From positions 1 to 64,000 of the forward strand of contig JANRKS010000008.1 of assembly GCA_033763315.1 (NCBI GenBank): 64,000 nt of DNA, given 5' to 3'. Shown in pieces: positions 41,519 to 51,179 of this stretch. The stretch comes from Deltaproteobacteria bacterium. Its GTDB lineage: Bacteria; Myxococcota_A; Polyangia; Fen-1088. The notes under the pieces are model-generated. The model made no database searches and was not told the origin of the DNA. It was given only the letters and a program-made list of their open reading frames with translations. The translations under genes were made by a program, and so were the position numbers. Every line of letters starts with the position of its first letter. Position 1 is the stretch's first letter.

Positions 41519-43204
41519 GTGCCGATGCAACCGTACAGTGCAGTTTTGGCGGTGGGCCTGGCCATGGCAGTGGCCACGGCGTGTGGGGGCAAGATCAGCG
41601 ATGACGGCGACGGACGTGGCGGCACAGGAATGGCCTCCCCCGCCACGATGACGGGTGGACGTGGCGGCACCGCGGCCGTGGCGGCAGCGGCAGGCGTGCT
41701 CCCCATGCGGTTGCTCACCCGCGCTGAATACGACAACACCGTTCTTGATCTTCTGGGCGACGATAGCCATCCCGCCGCTGCCTTCCCGCCGGAGGATGCC
41801 GGCAGCACCGGCTTTGCCCAAGTTCAAAAGCTTGATGATGTGAACATTGGCGCCTACCTCAAAGCCGCCGAGACGATCGCCGAACGCGCCAGCAAAGATC
41901 TGAAGACGCTCATGGGTTGCGACCCAGCGGGTGCGGCGGAGTTGGTTTGCGTGAAGTCGTTCGTGACCAGCTTTGGCCGCCGCGCTTACCGAAGGCCCCT
42001 GCGCGACGCTGAAGTTGATGAACACGTGGCGCTTTACACCGACACACTCAAAGGGACGCTGAAGCTGGGCATCAACGAGGCCATGCCCACACTCGTTGCA
42101 GCGATGCTGCAATCGCCATTTTTTCTCTACCGTTGGGAAAGCGCATGGGAAGCCAGCCGTGACGGCCGCGAGTTGAAGCTGAACGCGCACCACTTGGCCT
42201 CACAGTTGTCGTATTTTTTCTGGTCCTCGATGCCTGACGCCGAACTCATGGCGGCCGCTGATCGAGGGGAGCTGCAGACCACGGCACAAATTCAAGCCCA
42301 AGCGGTGCGTTTGTTGGCCGATCCACGAGCAGAGCGCTCGATCTCAAGCTTCGTTGAACAATGGTTGGGTATCACAGCGCTCGAGGGAGCCTTACGAAGC
42401 AAGCCCGGCTGGGGCCCCACCTTGGCACGCGCGATGATCGCTGAGACGGATCGTTTCGCCGCTGATGTGATCTTGAAGGGCAATGGCCTGCTCACGACGT
42501 TGTTCACCTCTCGGCTAAGTTCAGCCGATGCGACTTTGGCTGCGTTCTACGGCAACAAAACCATCACTGGCACAACCCCGCAGCCACTGACTTTCGCACA
42601 GGGCGAGCGCGCCGGCATCCTGACGCTGGCCGCAACCTTGGCTGCACATGCGGACGAGAATGACGCCAGCCCCATCTTGCGCGGCAAGCTGATTCGAGAG
42701 CGCGTGATGTGTGATGCGATTCCGCCACCCCCAGGTGGTGTACCCGATCTACCCGCGCCCGATCCAAACACACCGAAGAAGCAGCGCTTTGCGATGCACG
42801 CGCAAGGCACCTGCAAAGGTTGCCACGAACTGATGGATCCGATCGGCTTTGCGTTTGAACATTACGACAACGTTGGCGCGTACCGTACAATGGACGGTAA
42901 ATTGCCTGTCGATAGCAGCGGCGCCATCAAAGGGTTGGACGGAAGCGATCAAAGCTTCACGTCTGCGGTCGACATGATGGATCTGCTCGGCAACAGCGAT
43001 CAAGTGCGCACATGCCTCATGAAGCAATTTTTTCGCTTTGGTTTTGCACGCAAAGAAAACGAAGACGCGGATGTGGCTTCGCTCAAAGCGGCTTCGGACG
43101 CCTTTCGTTCGTCCAACGGAAATATACGCAAGATGCTGGCGGCGCTCGCCACCTCACGCGTGATGACCCACCGCTCGCTTGCCGCCGGTGAGGTGTTGCC
43201 ATGA
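41519..43204 (+). CDS. DUF1592/DUF1588-domain lipoprotein with CxxCH (second copy)
   Basis: Lipobox ATAC; LLTRAEYDNTV, AYRRP, LQSPFFLYR, SPILRG, CKGCH, FEHYD. Confidence 0.88.
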   Translation: MPMQPYSAVLAVGLAMAVATACGGKISDDGDGRGGTGMASPATMTGGRGGTAAVAAAAGVLPMRLLTRAEYDNTVLDLLGDDSHPAAAFPPEDAGSTGFAQVQKLDDVNIGAYLKAAETIAERASKDLKTLMGCDPAGAAELVCVKSFVTSFGRRAYRRPLRDAEVDEHVALYTDTLKGTLKLGINEAMPTLVAAMLQSPFFLYRWESAWEASRDGRELKLNAHHLASQLSYFFWSSMPDAELMAAADRGELQTTAQIQAQAVRLLADPRAERSISSFVEQWLGITALEGALRSKPGWGPTLARAMIAETDRFAADVILKGNGLLTTLFTSRLSSADATLAAFYGNKTITGTTPQPLTFAQGERAGILTLAATLAAHADENDASPILRGKLIRERVMCDAIPPPPGGVPDLPAPDPNTPKKQRFAMHAQGTCKGCHELMDPIGFAFEHYDNVGAYRTMDGKLPVDSSGAIKGLDGSDQSFTSAVDMMDLLGNSDQVRTCLMKQFFRFGFARKENEDADVASLKAASDAFRSSNGNIRKMLAALATSRVMTHRSLAAGEVLP

Positions 43205-44655
43205 GCCGATATTCATTTGATCGACGAACGTTGTTGGCGGGGCTAGGTGGCGGCTTGGTTCCCCTGTTGGCACCACACGGCGCCCGCGCGGCGTCCGCCA
43301 CGCCGAAGCGATTGGTTGTGATCGCGGTGCCGAACGGATACACCGCCGACTACCTTCCTGAAGTTGTGGGCACGGGATGGCAAGCACGCGCCACCGAATT
43401 CTCACCTCTGCAGCCCTTGGAGCCGTGGAAAGATCGTTTGCTGGTGATGGGCGGCATCAACGTCCAAAACGGCATCGACACCGGCAAAGACGTGAAGAAG
43501 GATCCAAACGCAACGATCGCGGGCCACGCGATCATGCCCTTCTTGCTGACCGGCGCAAAGGGCGTGGCAGGGCCATCAATCCCGGACGGATGGAGCTTAA
43601 CGGCCAGCCATTGCTCGGTCGACCAATACGTCGTGCAGAAACTGCCAGCCGTCAGCGGCCGCCCGTTTCCTTCTTTGGTGATGCGACCCGTGGCGCTTTC
43701 GGCAGGCGGTTACGGCAACACACCGCTTTCGTATTCAGGAAAAACCCTGGACGGCAAGAGCCACAACGCGCCTTCGATTCGCGAGAATCCGTTCACGGTG
43801 TTTGATGATTTGTTCGGTGGCAAGATTGACATCACGGCGCTGCAAAGGCAGCGCGCCAAGCGCAAATCCATCCTGGATTTTTCATCGCGGCAGCTCAAGC
43901 AGGTGCAAGCTCGCGTGGGAAGCGATGACAAGCAGCGAATTGAAAACCACCTCACTGCCATTACAGAAATTGAAAAGCAGCTTGCGACGATGAGCGGCGC
44001 TTGCCAGGCACCGGGGCGCGCCGACGAAACCATATGGTCAACGTCGCAGAGCAATCCGAAGATGAACCTGGTGATCCGCACGCAGATTGATCTGACCGTG
44101 GCCGCGATGGCGTGCGATCTCACGCGCGTGGCGAGCCATTCCTGGTGTTCGTCGAACAACAACACGATCGTGTTTCCCTGGCTTGCGGATCGCATTGCAA
44201 GCCTGAACGACACCTGGACGGGAACCGAAACCGGCGGATCAGGCAACAATCTGCGCAACCACCACACGATCGCTCACAACGAGGGTCAGCTTAAGCGCGA
44301 GAAGAACTTGGTGGATCGATTCTTCATTGAATGCTTTGCGTACTTTATCGAGAAGCTATCGAAGACGATGGATCCCGATGGCCGGCCCATGATTGAAAAT
44401 ACGCTGGTGTTGTATGCCAATATGCAGCGCACTGGCGGCGGCCATCAGACCGACAACTTGCAGTGGTTCCTGGCGGGCAACGCCAACGGCTACTTCAAGC
44501 AGGGCCGCTACCTCCCCTTCCTGTCGGGCAAGACGAATCAGATGGCGCCCACAAATGGATTGCTCACAGCGATCGTGAATGCGATGGGGTGCCCGCCCGT
44601 GGATAGCTTCGGTGATCCTGCCTACGGCGGCGAGGCCACCATCTTGCGCGGATAG
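43201..44655 (+). CDS. DUF1552 Tat-exported protein (second copy)
   Basis: DRRTLL Tat motif; AVPNG, SVDQ, ACDLTRVA, NHHTIAH; ATGA overlap. Confidence 0.88.
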   Translation: MSRYSFDRRTLLAGLGGGLVPLLAPHGARAASATPKRLVVIAVPNGYTADYLPEVVGTGWQARATEFSPLQPLEPWKDRLLVMGGINVQNGIDTGKDVKKDPNATIAGHAIMPFLLTGAKGVAGPSIPDGWSLTASHCSVDQYVVQKLPAVSGRPFPSLVMRPVALSAGGYGNTPLSYSGKTLDGKSHNAPSIRENPFTVFDDLFGGKIDITALQRQRAKRKSILDFSSRQLKQVQARVGSDDKQRIENHLTAITEIEKQLATMSGACQAPGRADETIWSTSQSNPKMNLVIRTQIDLTVAAMACDLTRVASHSWCSSNNNTIVFPWLADRIASLNDTWTGTETGGSGNNLRNHHTIAHNEGQLKREKNLVDRFFIECFAYFIEKLSKTMDPDGRPMIENTLVLYANMQRTGGGHQTDNLQWFLAGNANGYFKQGRYLPFLSGKTNQMAPTNGLLTAIVNAMGCPPVDSFGDPAYGGEATILRG

Positions 44656-44700
44656 CTGCGAGCGAAAGCGTCGGCCGTCGCGGCTTGCTAAAGCACAGCC

Positions 44701-45090
44701 ATGACGACGGAGTTGTGGTGTTTGGTGGGAAACGCCCTTTGGGGCTTGGGATTGGTGATGCTGGAGATCACTGGCAAAACAGCGGTGGCAGGGAGCGCCT
44801 GGAACAGCGGAAACCGTGAGACCTCGCCGGTTTTCCCGGTCTGGGTTCAGCGTGCGGGGCGGGCGCTGGCCAATCATCAGGAGAACTTTCCCCTGTTCGC
44901 TGTGGCGGTGTTGGTGGTTCACCTCGCCGGCAAGGAAGACAGCATAAGCGGCACTGCCGCATTGGCCTACGTGGCCGCACGGGCGGTGCATGGTGTTTTG
45001 TACGTGGCCGGTGTGACAAAGCTCCGCACGTTGGCGTTCCTCGTTGGATTGTGCTCCGTGTTCGCGATCTTGAGCCGCTTGTTGAGCTGA
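44701..45090 (+). CDS. MAPEG-family membrane protein
   Basis: RAGRALANHQENFPLF, ARAVH, LRT; hydrophobic helices. Confidence 0.85.
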   Translation: MTTELWCLVGNALWGLGLVMLEITGKTAVAGSAWNSGNRETSPVFPVWVQRAGRALANHQENFPLFAVAVLVVHLAGKEDSISGTAALAYVAARAVHGVLYVAGVTKLRTLAFLVGLCSVFAILSRLLS

Positions 45091-45171
45091 GGCCGCTGAC
45101 ATTTTCGAGCATGTAAACCAAGCGCACCAACATCGCTCTGCAAATCTGAAAAGGCCCGCTACAATGCGGCC

Positions 45172-46026
45172 ATGTGCGAATTGCTCGGGATGGAATGCAA
45201 TGTTCCGACGGACATCGTGTTTTCCTTCACAGCCTTAACGATGCGCGGCGGGATGACGGGTCCCCACGCCGATGGCTGGGGCTTGGCGCTTTACGATGGG
45301 CCGTTCGCGCAGATATTTCTCGAACCCAAACCCGCGTGCGACAGCCAGCTCGCACGGTTCTTGCGCGAAAACCCCACCCCGGTGCTGTTGGCAATTGCGC
45401 ACGTTCGAAAGCGCACCCAAGGGCCCGTGGGCCTCGCGAACACGCATCCGTTCAAGCGCGTGTTGTGGGGACGCGATTGGGCTTTCGCGCACAATGGCAC
45501 CTTGCCACACATTAAAGAAAAGCCTTTGCGCCGCTTCGTCCCCGTGGGGCAAACGGACAGCGAACACGCCTTTTGCTGGATCCTTGATCAGCTTGAGCAA
45601 GCCTTCCCGGATGGAGAGCCCGCAGACAATGCAGCGGTGGAACAGCTGATAGCAAAGCTCGGTGGATCGCTGGGGGCCGAAGGCAGCTGCAACTTCCTGC
45701 TTGGCGATGGGCGCCGGCTTTACGCGCGCTGTGGAACCAGGCTTTGTTACATCATCCGCAAAGCACCCTTTGGCGCGGCTACGTTGAAGGATGCCGAAGT
45801 GCGCGTCGACTTTCGCGCGGTCACCAGCGAGCTCGATCGCGTGGCAGTGGTTGCCACCGCGCCATTGACACGCGACGAACGATGGGAAGAAGCGCGCCCC
45901 GGCACCTTGTGGGTGTTTCAGCAGGGGCGTTTGCACGCCGAACTGGTGAGCCGAGATCCCGCCGGACGACCCGAGTCGCCTGCTCTTTCGGTGGATGTGA
46001 CCTCTAGCACAAGCCCCGCGCCCTGA
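45172..46026 (+). CDS. Class II glutamine amidotransferase (YafJ/EgtC-like)
   Basis: MCELLG N-terminal Cys, HADGWG, NTHPF, HNG, TDSE. Confidence 0.9.
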   Translation: MCELLGMECNVPTDIVFSFTALTMRGGMTGPHADGWGLALYDGPFAQIFLEPKPACDSQLARFLRENPTPVLLAIAHVRKRTQGPVGLANTHPFKRVLWGRDWAFAHNGTLPHIKEKPLRRFVPVGQTDSEHAFCWILDQLEQAFPDGEPADNAAVEQLIAKLGGSLGAEGSCNFLLGDGRRLYARCGTRLCYIIRKAPFGAATLKDAEVRVDFRAVTSELDRVAVVATAPLTRDERWEEARPGTLWVFQQGRLHAELVSRDPAGRPESPALSVDVTSSTSPAP

Positions 46027-46151
46027 GCTCTGAGGGTCTGGCAAGGTGTTGACGGCATCTTGTTTCCTCACTGGCGCTGTCTATACCCCAGAAGGGCTGT
46101 TCTCATAAAAGGCGCTTGGCAAACGTTGCCCGTTTCGCTTAAGTCGAGGGC

Positions 46152-47549
46152 GTGAAGCGCATCAATTCATCCGCAGGCCTTTCCCCGTTTTTCGTGAACC
46201 GACGGCGTTTTCTGCAAACCGCGCAGGCGGCGGCGGCTTTGGCAGCGTTGCCAGCCTGGGGGGCAGACGCGGTTGACTTGGTGAACGCCAAGGCCAAACG
46301 TGTGGGACTGATCGGCTGCGGATGGTACGGCAAAAGCGATCTGTGGCGGCTCATCCAGGTGGCGCCAGTGGATGTCGTCTCCTTGTGTGATCCCGACACC
46401 GATCTGTTGACTGGCGCTGCAGATCTGGCGGCCACGCGCCAAAGTTCTCACAAGCGGCCACGCACGTACCGCGACTACCGCGAGATGTTGCGGGAGAAGG
46501 ATCTCGACATCGTGATTGTGGGTTCGCCCGATCATTGGCATGCGTTGCACACGATCGCCGCGCTTGAAGCGGGCGCCGACGTTTACTGCCAAAAGCCTGT
46601 GAGCCGCGACGTGCGCGAAGGCGAAGCGATGGTGGATGCCGCCCGTAAACACAAACGCGTGATTCAGGTGGGCACGCAGCGCAAGAGCACGCCTCACCTT
46701 GTGGAAGCAAAGAAGCAAATCATCGAGGGCGGCAGGTTAGGAAAGATTGGTCACATTGAGATGTGCTGCTATTTCCCTATGCGCGCCAATGGCAACCCAC
46801 CGTTGCAGCCCGTTCCTCAAACGCTCGACTACGAACTGTGGACGGGCCCCGCACCGCTGCGGCCTTACGATGGTTCACCGCACGTGCGCTGGTGGCGCAC
46901 TTTCAAGGAATATGGCAACGGGATCCTCGGCGATATGTGCGTGCATCTTTTGGACACCGCGCGATGGATGTTGGGGCTCGGCTGGCCTCGGCGGATATCA
47001 TCGACGGGCGGGATCTTTGTTCAAAAGGGCGGCAAGTCGAACATTCCTGACACGCAAACAGCGACGTTCGAGTTCGATGACTTCAATGCCGTGTGGCAGC
47101 ACCGATCGTGGGGGCAAGCTGTGGATCCGGATTATCCGTGGGGCCTGTTTCTTCACGGTGAAAAGGGTTTGTTGAAAGCAAGCACCACGCGGGCTGACTT
47201 CATTCCTTACGACAAAAAGGAAAAGCCAATTCACTTCGACTGCGTCTACGAAAAAGAGAAATATCCGGAAGACATCACGGAGAAAGACATCGAACTTAAC
47301 GCCGCGCCCGCGACGCGTGCGCACATGCTGGACTTCTTGGCCGCCGTGGCCACCCGCGGTCGGCCGCTGGCTGACATCGAACAGGGCCACATCTCGACCG
47401 CCGCGTGCATTTTGGCAAACATCGCCATGGACGTGGGGCGCCCCGTGGCCTACGACCCCAAACTGCGGATCGTGACCGCCGATCGCGAAGCCACAAACCT
47501 GTTGCGACGCCCCTACCGCAAGGGGTGGAAGCACCCGCATCAGGGTTGA
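46152..47549 (+). CDS. Tat-exported Gfo/Idh/MocA oxidoreductase
   Basis: NRRRFL, GLIGCGWYG, PDHWH, QKP, GDMCVH. Confidence 0.9.
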   Translation: MKRINSSAGLSPFFVNRRRFLQTAQAAAALAALPAWGADAVDLVNAKAKRVGLIGCGWYGKSDLWRLIQVAPVDVVSLCDPDTDLLTGAADLAATRQSSHKRPRTYRDYREMLREKDLDIVIVGSPDHWHALHTIAALEAGADVYCQKPVSRDVREGEAMVDAARKHKRVIQVGTQRKSTPHLVEAKKQIIEGGRLGKIGHIEMCCYFPMRANGNPPLQPVPQTLDYELWTGPAPLRPYDGSPHVRWWRTFKEYGNGILGDMCVHLLDTARWMLGLGWPRRISSTGGIFVQKGGKSNIPDTQTATFEFDDFNAVWQHRSWGQAVDPDYPWGLFLHGEKGLLKASTTRADFIPYDKKEKPIHFDCVYEKEKYPEDITEKDIELNAAPATRAHMLDFLAAVATRGRPLADIEQGHISTAACILANIAMDVGRPVAYDPKLRIVTADREATNLLRRPYRKGWKHPHQG

Positions 47550-47661
47550 TGAGGCAGCAAGGCAGGGTTGCGTTGGTGGGCCACCCCGCCCCAAAAGACT
47601 TGGGCGTCGCACCCGAATAAATGAGGGTCGATGCCTGCATTGGCGGCGGTAGAGTTGGCCG

Positions 47662-50600
47662 GTGAAAGCCCGTGCTCTCGTTGCGCCCCTCCTCGCGTTG
47701 ATTGTCGCCTGCGCGGCGGCTTACGCCGCTCCTGCTGATCCTTTGCTTGCAGGTTTTCTGCAACCGCCGCCACAGGCCAGGCCGCTGGTGTGGTGGCACT
47801 GGACCAATGGCAACGTCACGCAGGCCGCCATCACGGCGGATCTGGAGGCGATGCAGCGCGTGGGCATTGGTGGTGTGCAGTTGTTCGACGTCGACGTCGG
47901 GAACCCGCTGTTGGTGCCCACACCTGTTGATTACATGACGCCACGCTGGTTGCAGCTGCTCGCGTTCACGGCCCGTGAATGCAAACGTTTGGGGCTTTCG
48001 CTGAGCGTGCACAGCAGCGCGGGGTGGAGCGAATCAGGTGGACCTTGGGTGCGGCCAGCCGATGGCATGCGCAAACTCGTGTGGAGTGAAACGCAAGTGA
48101 CGGGGCCCACCACGTTTACGGGCACGCTGCCCTCGCCTCCGCGCGTGTTCGGGCCTTATGGCAATCTCGCACGCGAAAAGATGGGCACGCCGGCGGAGCG
48201 CTGGCCCGCGGAAGTGCCCGAAGATTATACGGACGAATACGTCTTGGCGTATCCAACGCCCGCGGGGCGTCGTTTCCCCGGCGCGAGCGGCACGCTTTCA
48301 GGCAATGTGCCGAACTTTGATCCGAAGGTTGTGACCGACGGCGACCTCAACACACGCTTGAAGCTGCCGTTTACCGACGCTCACACGCCCGTGATGGTGG
48401 ATGTCCACTTCGACGATCCCTTCGTCGCTCAGGCACTCAGCTTGGCGGCCGGTTGGATCGCTCCGTTGGGTGAATTGCAAAGCAGCCAAGACGGAAAGAC
48501 GTTTACAAAGGTCATCGACCTGCCGCGGCCGTCGGTGGGCAGCCGACCCATTCCCAAAACGGTGACGTTCACACCTGTGAAGGCTAAGCACTTCCGGCTG
48601 GTGTTTTTACCGCGCACAAGCAAGCTGTCGTTCGAGTTCGCCGAGCTTCAGCTGTTTGAAGCACCACGCGTGCACCGCTTTGAAGACAAAGCAGGCTTTG
48701 GCCTTTTGCCCGATGTGGACATCGAACGTGGCGCGCCGGCTGTGGGTGTGGATCCGAAACGCGTTGTGGATTTAACGAAGCGCTTTAAGCAGGGGAAAGG
48801 TGTGTGGCAGGTCCCGGCAGGTTCGTGGACGTTGGTGCGCGTAGGGCACGCGGCCACCGGGATGAAGAACCGTCCTGCCACAGCGGCTGGTTTGGGTTTG
48901 GAGGTGGACAAACTAAACGCGCAGGCCGTGCGCAGATACATATCGACCTTTCTATCGCGACTGCAAGGCGCAGGCGTTTTCGCGGCGGGCTCGATGAACG
49001 GCGTGCTGATGGATAGCTGGGAGGCCGAACACCAGAATTGGACGCCTGGTTTTATGTCAGCCTTTCGCAAACGTCGCGGATATGATCCTCTGCCGTTTTT
49101 GCCGGCGATGACGGGCGCTGTGATAGTTAATGCCGAGGCAAGCGACCGCTTTTTGTGGGACGTGCGGCGCACGATCGCTGATGAGCTTTCCAACAATCAC
49201 TATGGCGTGGTGAGGCGGGCCGTGGCGGCGCGTGGATTGCGCTTGGAAGCCGAGGCCGTGGGGCAAGGCATGCCGATGATCGCCGATCAATTGCAAGCGC
49301 GCGGCCGCACCGATGTACCTATGGGCGAGTTTTGGGTTCCCGCACCAGGTGCACCTTTACAAGCGAAAGCAGACTGCAAAGAAGCTGCGAGCGCGGCGCA
49401 TATCTACGGCAAACAGCTCGTGGGCGCGGAAGCTTTCTCATCAGGCCCGGATGTGCCCGCGTGGAGCCAAACACCGCGATCGCTGAAGGCTGTGGGCGAT
49501 CTGCATTTCGCCACGGGGATTAATCGATTGTCGTTGCACCAGTTCACGTTGCAGCCCGATGACACGCGCAAACCTGGACTCACGCTGAAAGAATATGGTT
49601 CACCGTTTAATCGGCTGAATACTTGGTGGGACGCTTCGGGTGCGTGGTTCACGTATCTGTCGCGCGCGCAGTTCCTGCTGCAACAGGGTTGGTTCGTGGG
49701 CGACGTGGTTTACCTTTATGGAGAAGGGGCGCCCGCCACGGTGGCCGACAAGGCGGATTTGGTGCCCGCGATGCCGCCCGGCCGCGACTACGATTTTGTG
49801 AATACAGAAGCCTTGTTGAACCACGCGCGCATGCTTGATGGCGTGTTGAACTTTCCTGGCGCGCGAGGATTTCGGATATTGGTGATGCCACCAAGTCAAG
49901 TGGCCACGCCCGCATTGCTTTTGAAGTTGCGCGGCTTTGTACGCCAAGGCTTGACGGTGGTGGGTCCACGACCGCTGCGATCGCCTTCCTTGCGTGGTGA
50001 TGCCGAAGTGAAAGCGTTGGCGGCCGAGCTGTGGGGGCCGTGTGAACAGGCCGCTTGTGAACACAAAGTGGGTCGTGGACGCGTGATAACCGGCGCCACG
50101 TTGGAAGCTGTTTTGCAGCAACAGAGCTCGCCCGCAGACATAGCGCTGGCCGGCGAAACGCAGCCGGACGCGGTGGCAACGATTCACCGTCAAACCAAAA
50201 CCGATCACATCTATTTTCTGGCGAACCTCACCGAGTTCAAGCAGATCCTCAAGATTACACTGCGTGCGCAAGGATCAACTTTGCAGATGTGGAATGCCGA
50301 AACAGGCGCGCACACATCCATTCCGTTTCATGTCGATGGGGCAACCATTCGCACCGACGTTGCGCTTAAGCCTTTAGAGTCAGTCTTTCTATTGGTTCGA
50401 CAGGGAAAGGGTGACCAAGCAGCGGGCGAGATGGCTCAGGGCGCAGCCTTGGAAGTGGCGGGCCCCTGGGATGTTGAGTTCACGTCGCCGTTTGCGCAGG
50501 AGGCTTCCCATCACGAGACGTTTGCACGATTGCAATCGCTCTCGAAGCACGCCAACCCGTTGGTCCACCACTTCGCGGGCAACGCCACCTACCGCGCCCA

Positions 50601-50913
50601 GCTGCAAGTGCCGCGAAGCTCAGCGTTGACTCTAGACCTGGGCCACGTACACGATGTGGCACGTGTGCGGCTGAACGGCAGCGAAGTGGCCACGCTGTGG
50701 AACCAGACCGGTGTGGATGTGACGAACTTCGTGCACGCCGGCCGCAATGAGCTTGAAATTATTGTGAGCGTAGGTTGGCCGAACCGCTTGATTGGCGATG
50801 CCGCTTTGCCACCCACCCAGCGAAAGACCTGGACCACGTTCAACCCCTACACAGCAACATCCCCCTTGAGGGAGGCAGGGTTGCTCGGGCCTGTGCGACT
50901 TATCCCTCGGTGA
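47662..50913 (+). CDS. GH106-family glycoside hydrolase (alpha-L-rhamnosidase-like), exported
   Basis: Signal peptide; WWHWTNGN, GWSESGGPW, DSWEA, PMGEFW, GAEAF, GLLGPV. Confidence 0.88.
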   Translation: MKARALVAPLLALIVACAAAYAAPADPLLAGFLQPPPQARPLVWWHWTNGNVTQAAITADLEAMQRVGIGGVQLFDVDVGNPLLVPTPVDYMTPRWLQLLAFTARECKRLGLSLSVHSSAGWSESGGPWVRPADGMRKLVWSETQVTGPTTFTGTLPSPPRVFGPYGNLAREKMGTPAERWPAEVPEDYTDEYVLAYPTPAGRRFPGASGTLSGNVPNFDPKVVTDGDLNTRLKLPFTDAHTPVMVDVHFDDPFVAQALSLAAGWIAPLGELQSSQDGKTFTKVIDLPRPSVGSRPIPKTVTFTPVKAKHFRLVFLPRTSKLSFEFAELQLFEAPRVHRFEDKAGFGLLPDVDIERGAPAVGVDPKRVVDLTKRFKQGKGVWQVPAGSWTLVRVGHAATGMKNRPATAAGLGLEVDKLNAQAVRRYISTFLSRLQGAGVFAAGSMNGVLMDSWEAEHQNWTPGFMSAFRKRRGYDPLPFLPAMTGAVIVNAEASDRFLWDVRRTIADELSNNHYGVVRRAVAARGLRLEAEAVGQGMPMIADQLQARGRTDVPMGEFWVPAPGAPLQAKADCKEAASAAHIYGKQLVGAEAFSSGPDVPAWSQTPRSLKAVGDLHFATGINRLSLHQFTLQPDDTRKPGLTLKEYGSPFNRLNTWWDASGAWFTYLSRAQFLLQQGWFVGDVVYLYGEGAPATVADKADLVPAMPPGRDYDFVNTEALLNHARMLDGVLNFPGARGFRILVMPPSQVATPALLLKLRGFVRQGLTVVGPRPLRSPSLRGDAEVKALAAELWGPCEQAACEHKVGRGRVITGATLEAVLQQQSSPADIALAGETQPDAVATIHRQTKTDHIYFLANLTEFKQILKITLRAQGSTLQMWNAETGAHTSIPFHVDGATIRTDVALKPLESVFLLVRQGKGDQAAGEMAQGAALEVAGPWDVEFTSPFAQEASHHETFARLQSLSKHANPLVHHFAGNATYRAQLQVPRSSALTLDLGHVHDVARVRLNGSEVATLWNQTGVDVTNFVHAGRNELEIIVSVGWPNRLIGDAALPPTQRKTWTTFNPYTATSPLREAGLLGPVRLIPR

Positions 50914-51148
50914 TGCTAATTCGCATTTGTTCGGCTCGCACCCGAATCACGCCCCCACGCAGCTCTTGCTGCCTTGCACCTGCACGCTTGCCCTATCACC
51001 TGGGCAGGTGAGCCGACCGATAAGACGATTCGGCGGCAGCCACATTCCCCCACGCCGGGGCACTTAAGACGCCAAGCGTCAGATAAAGCCACCGTCCCAC
51101 GAACCTGAAAAGCCAGCGAAGTGGGGTTTCGTTGGCCGCTGCGTCCCC

Positions 51149-51171
51149 TATACTGCGACGTTCCCAAGGAG
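51149..51171 (+). promoter_or_regulatory. Putative -10 box and RBS of pfa2
   Basis: TATACT 51149-51154; AAGGAG 51166-51171, 8 nt before the in-frame CTG at 51180. Confidence 0.55.
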
Positions 51172-51179
51172 ACGTCCCC

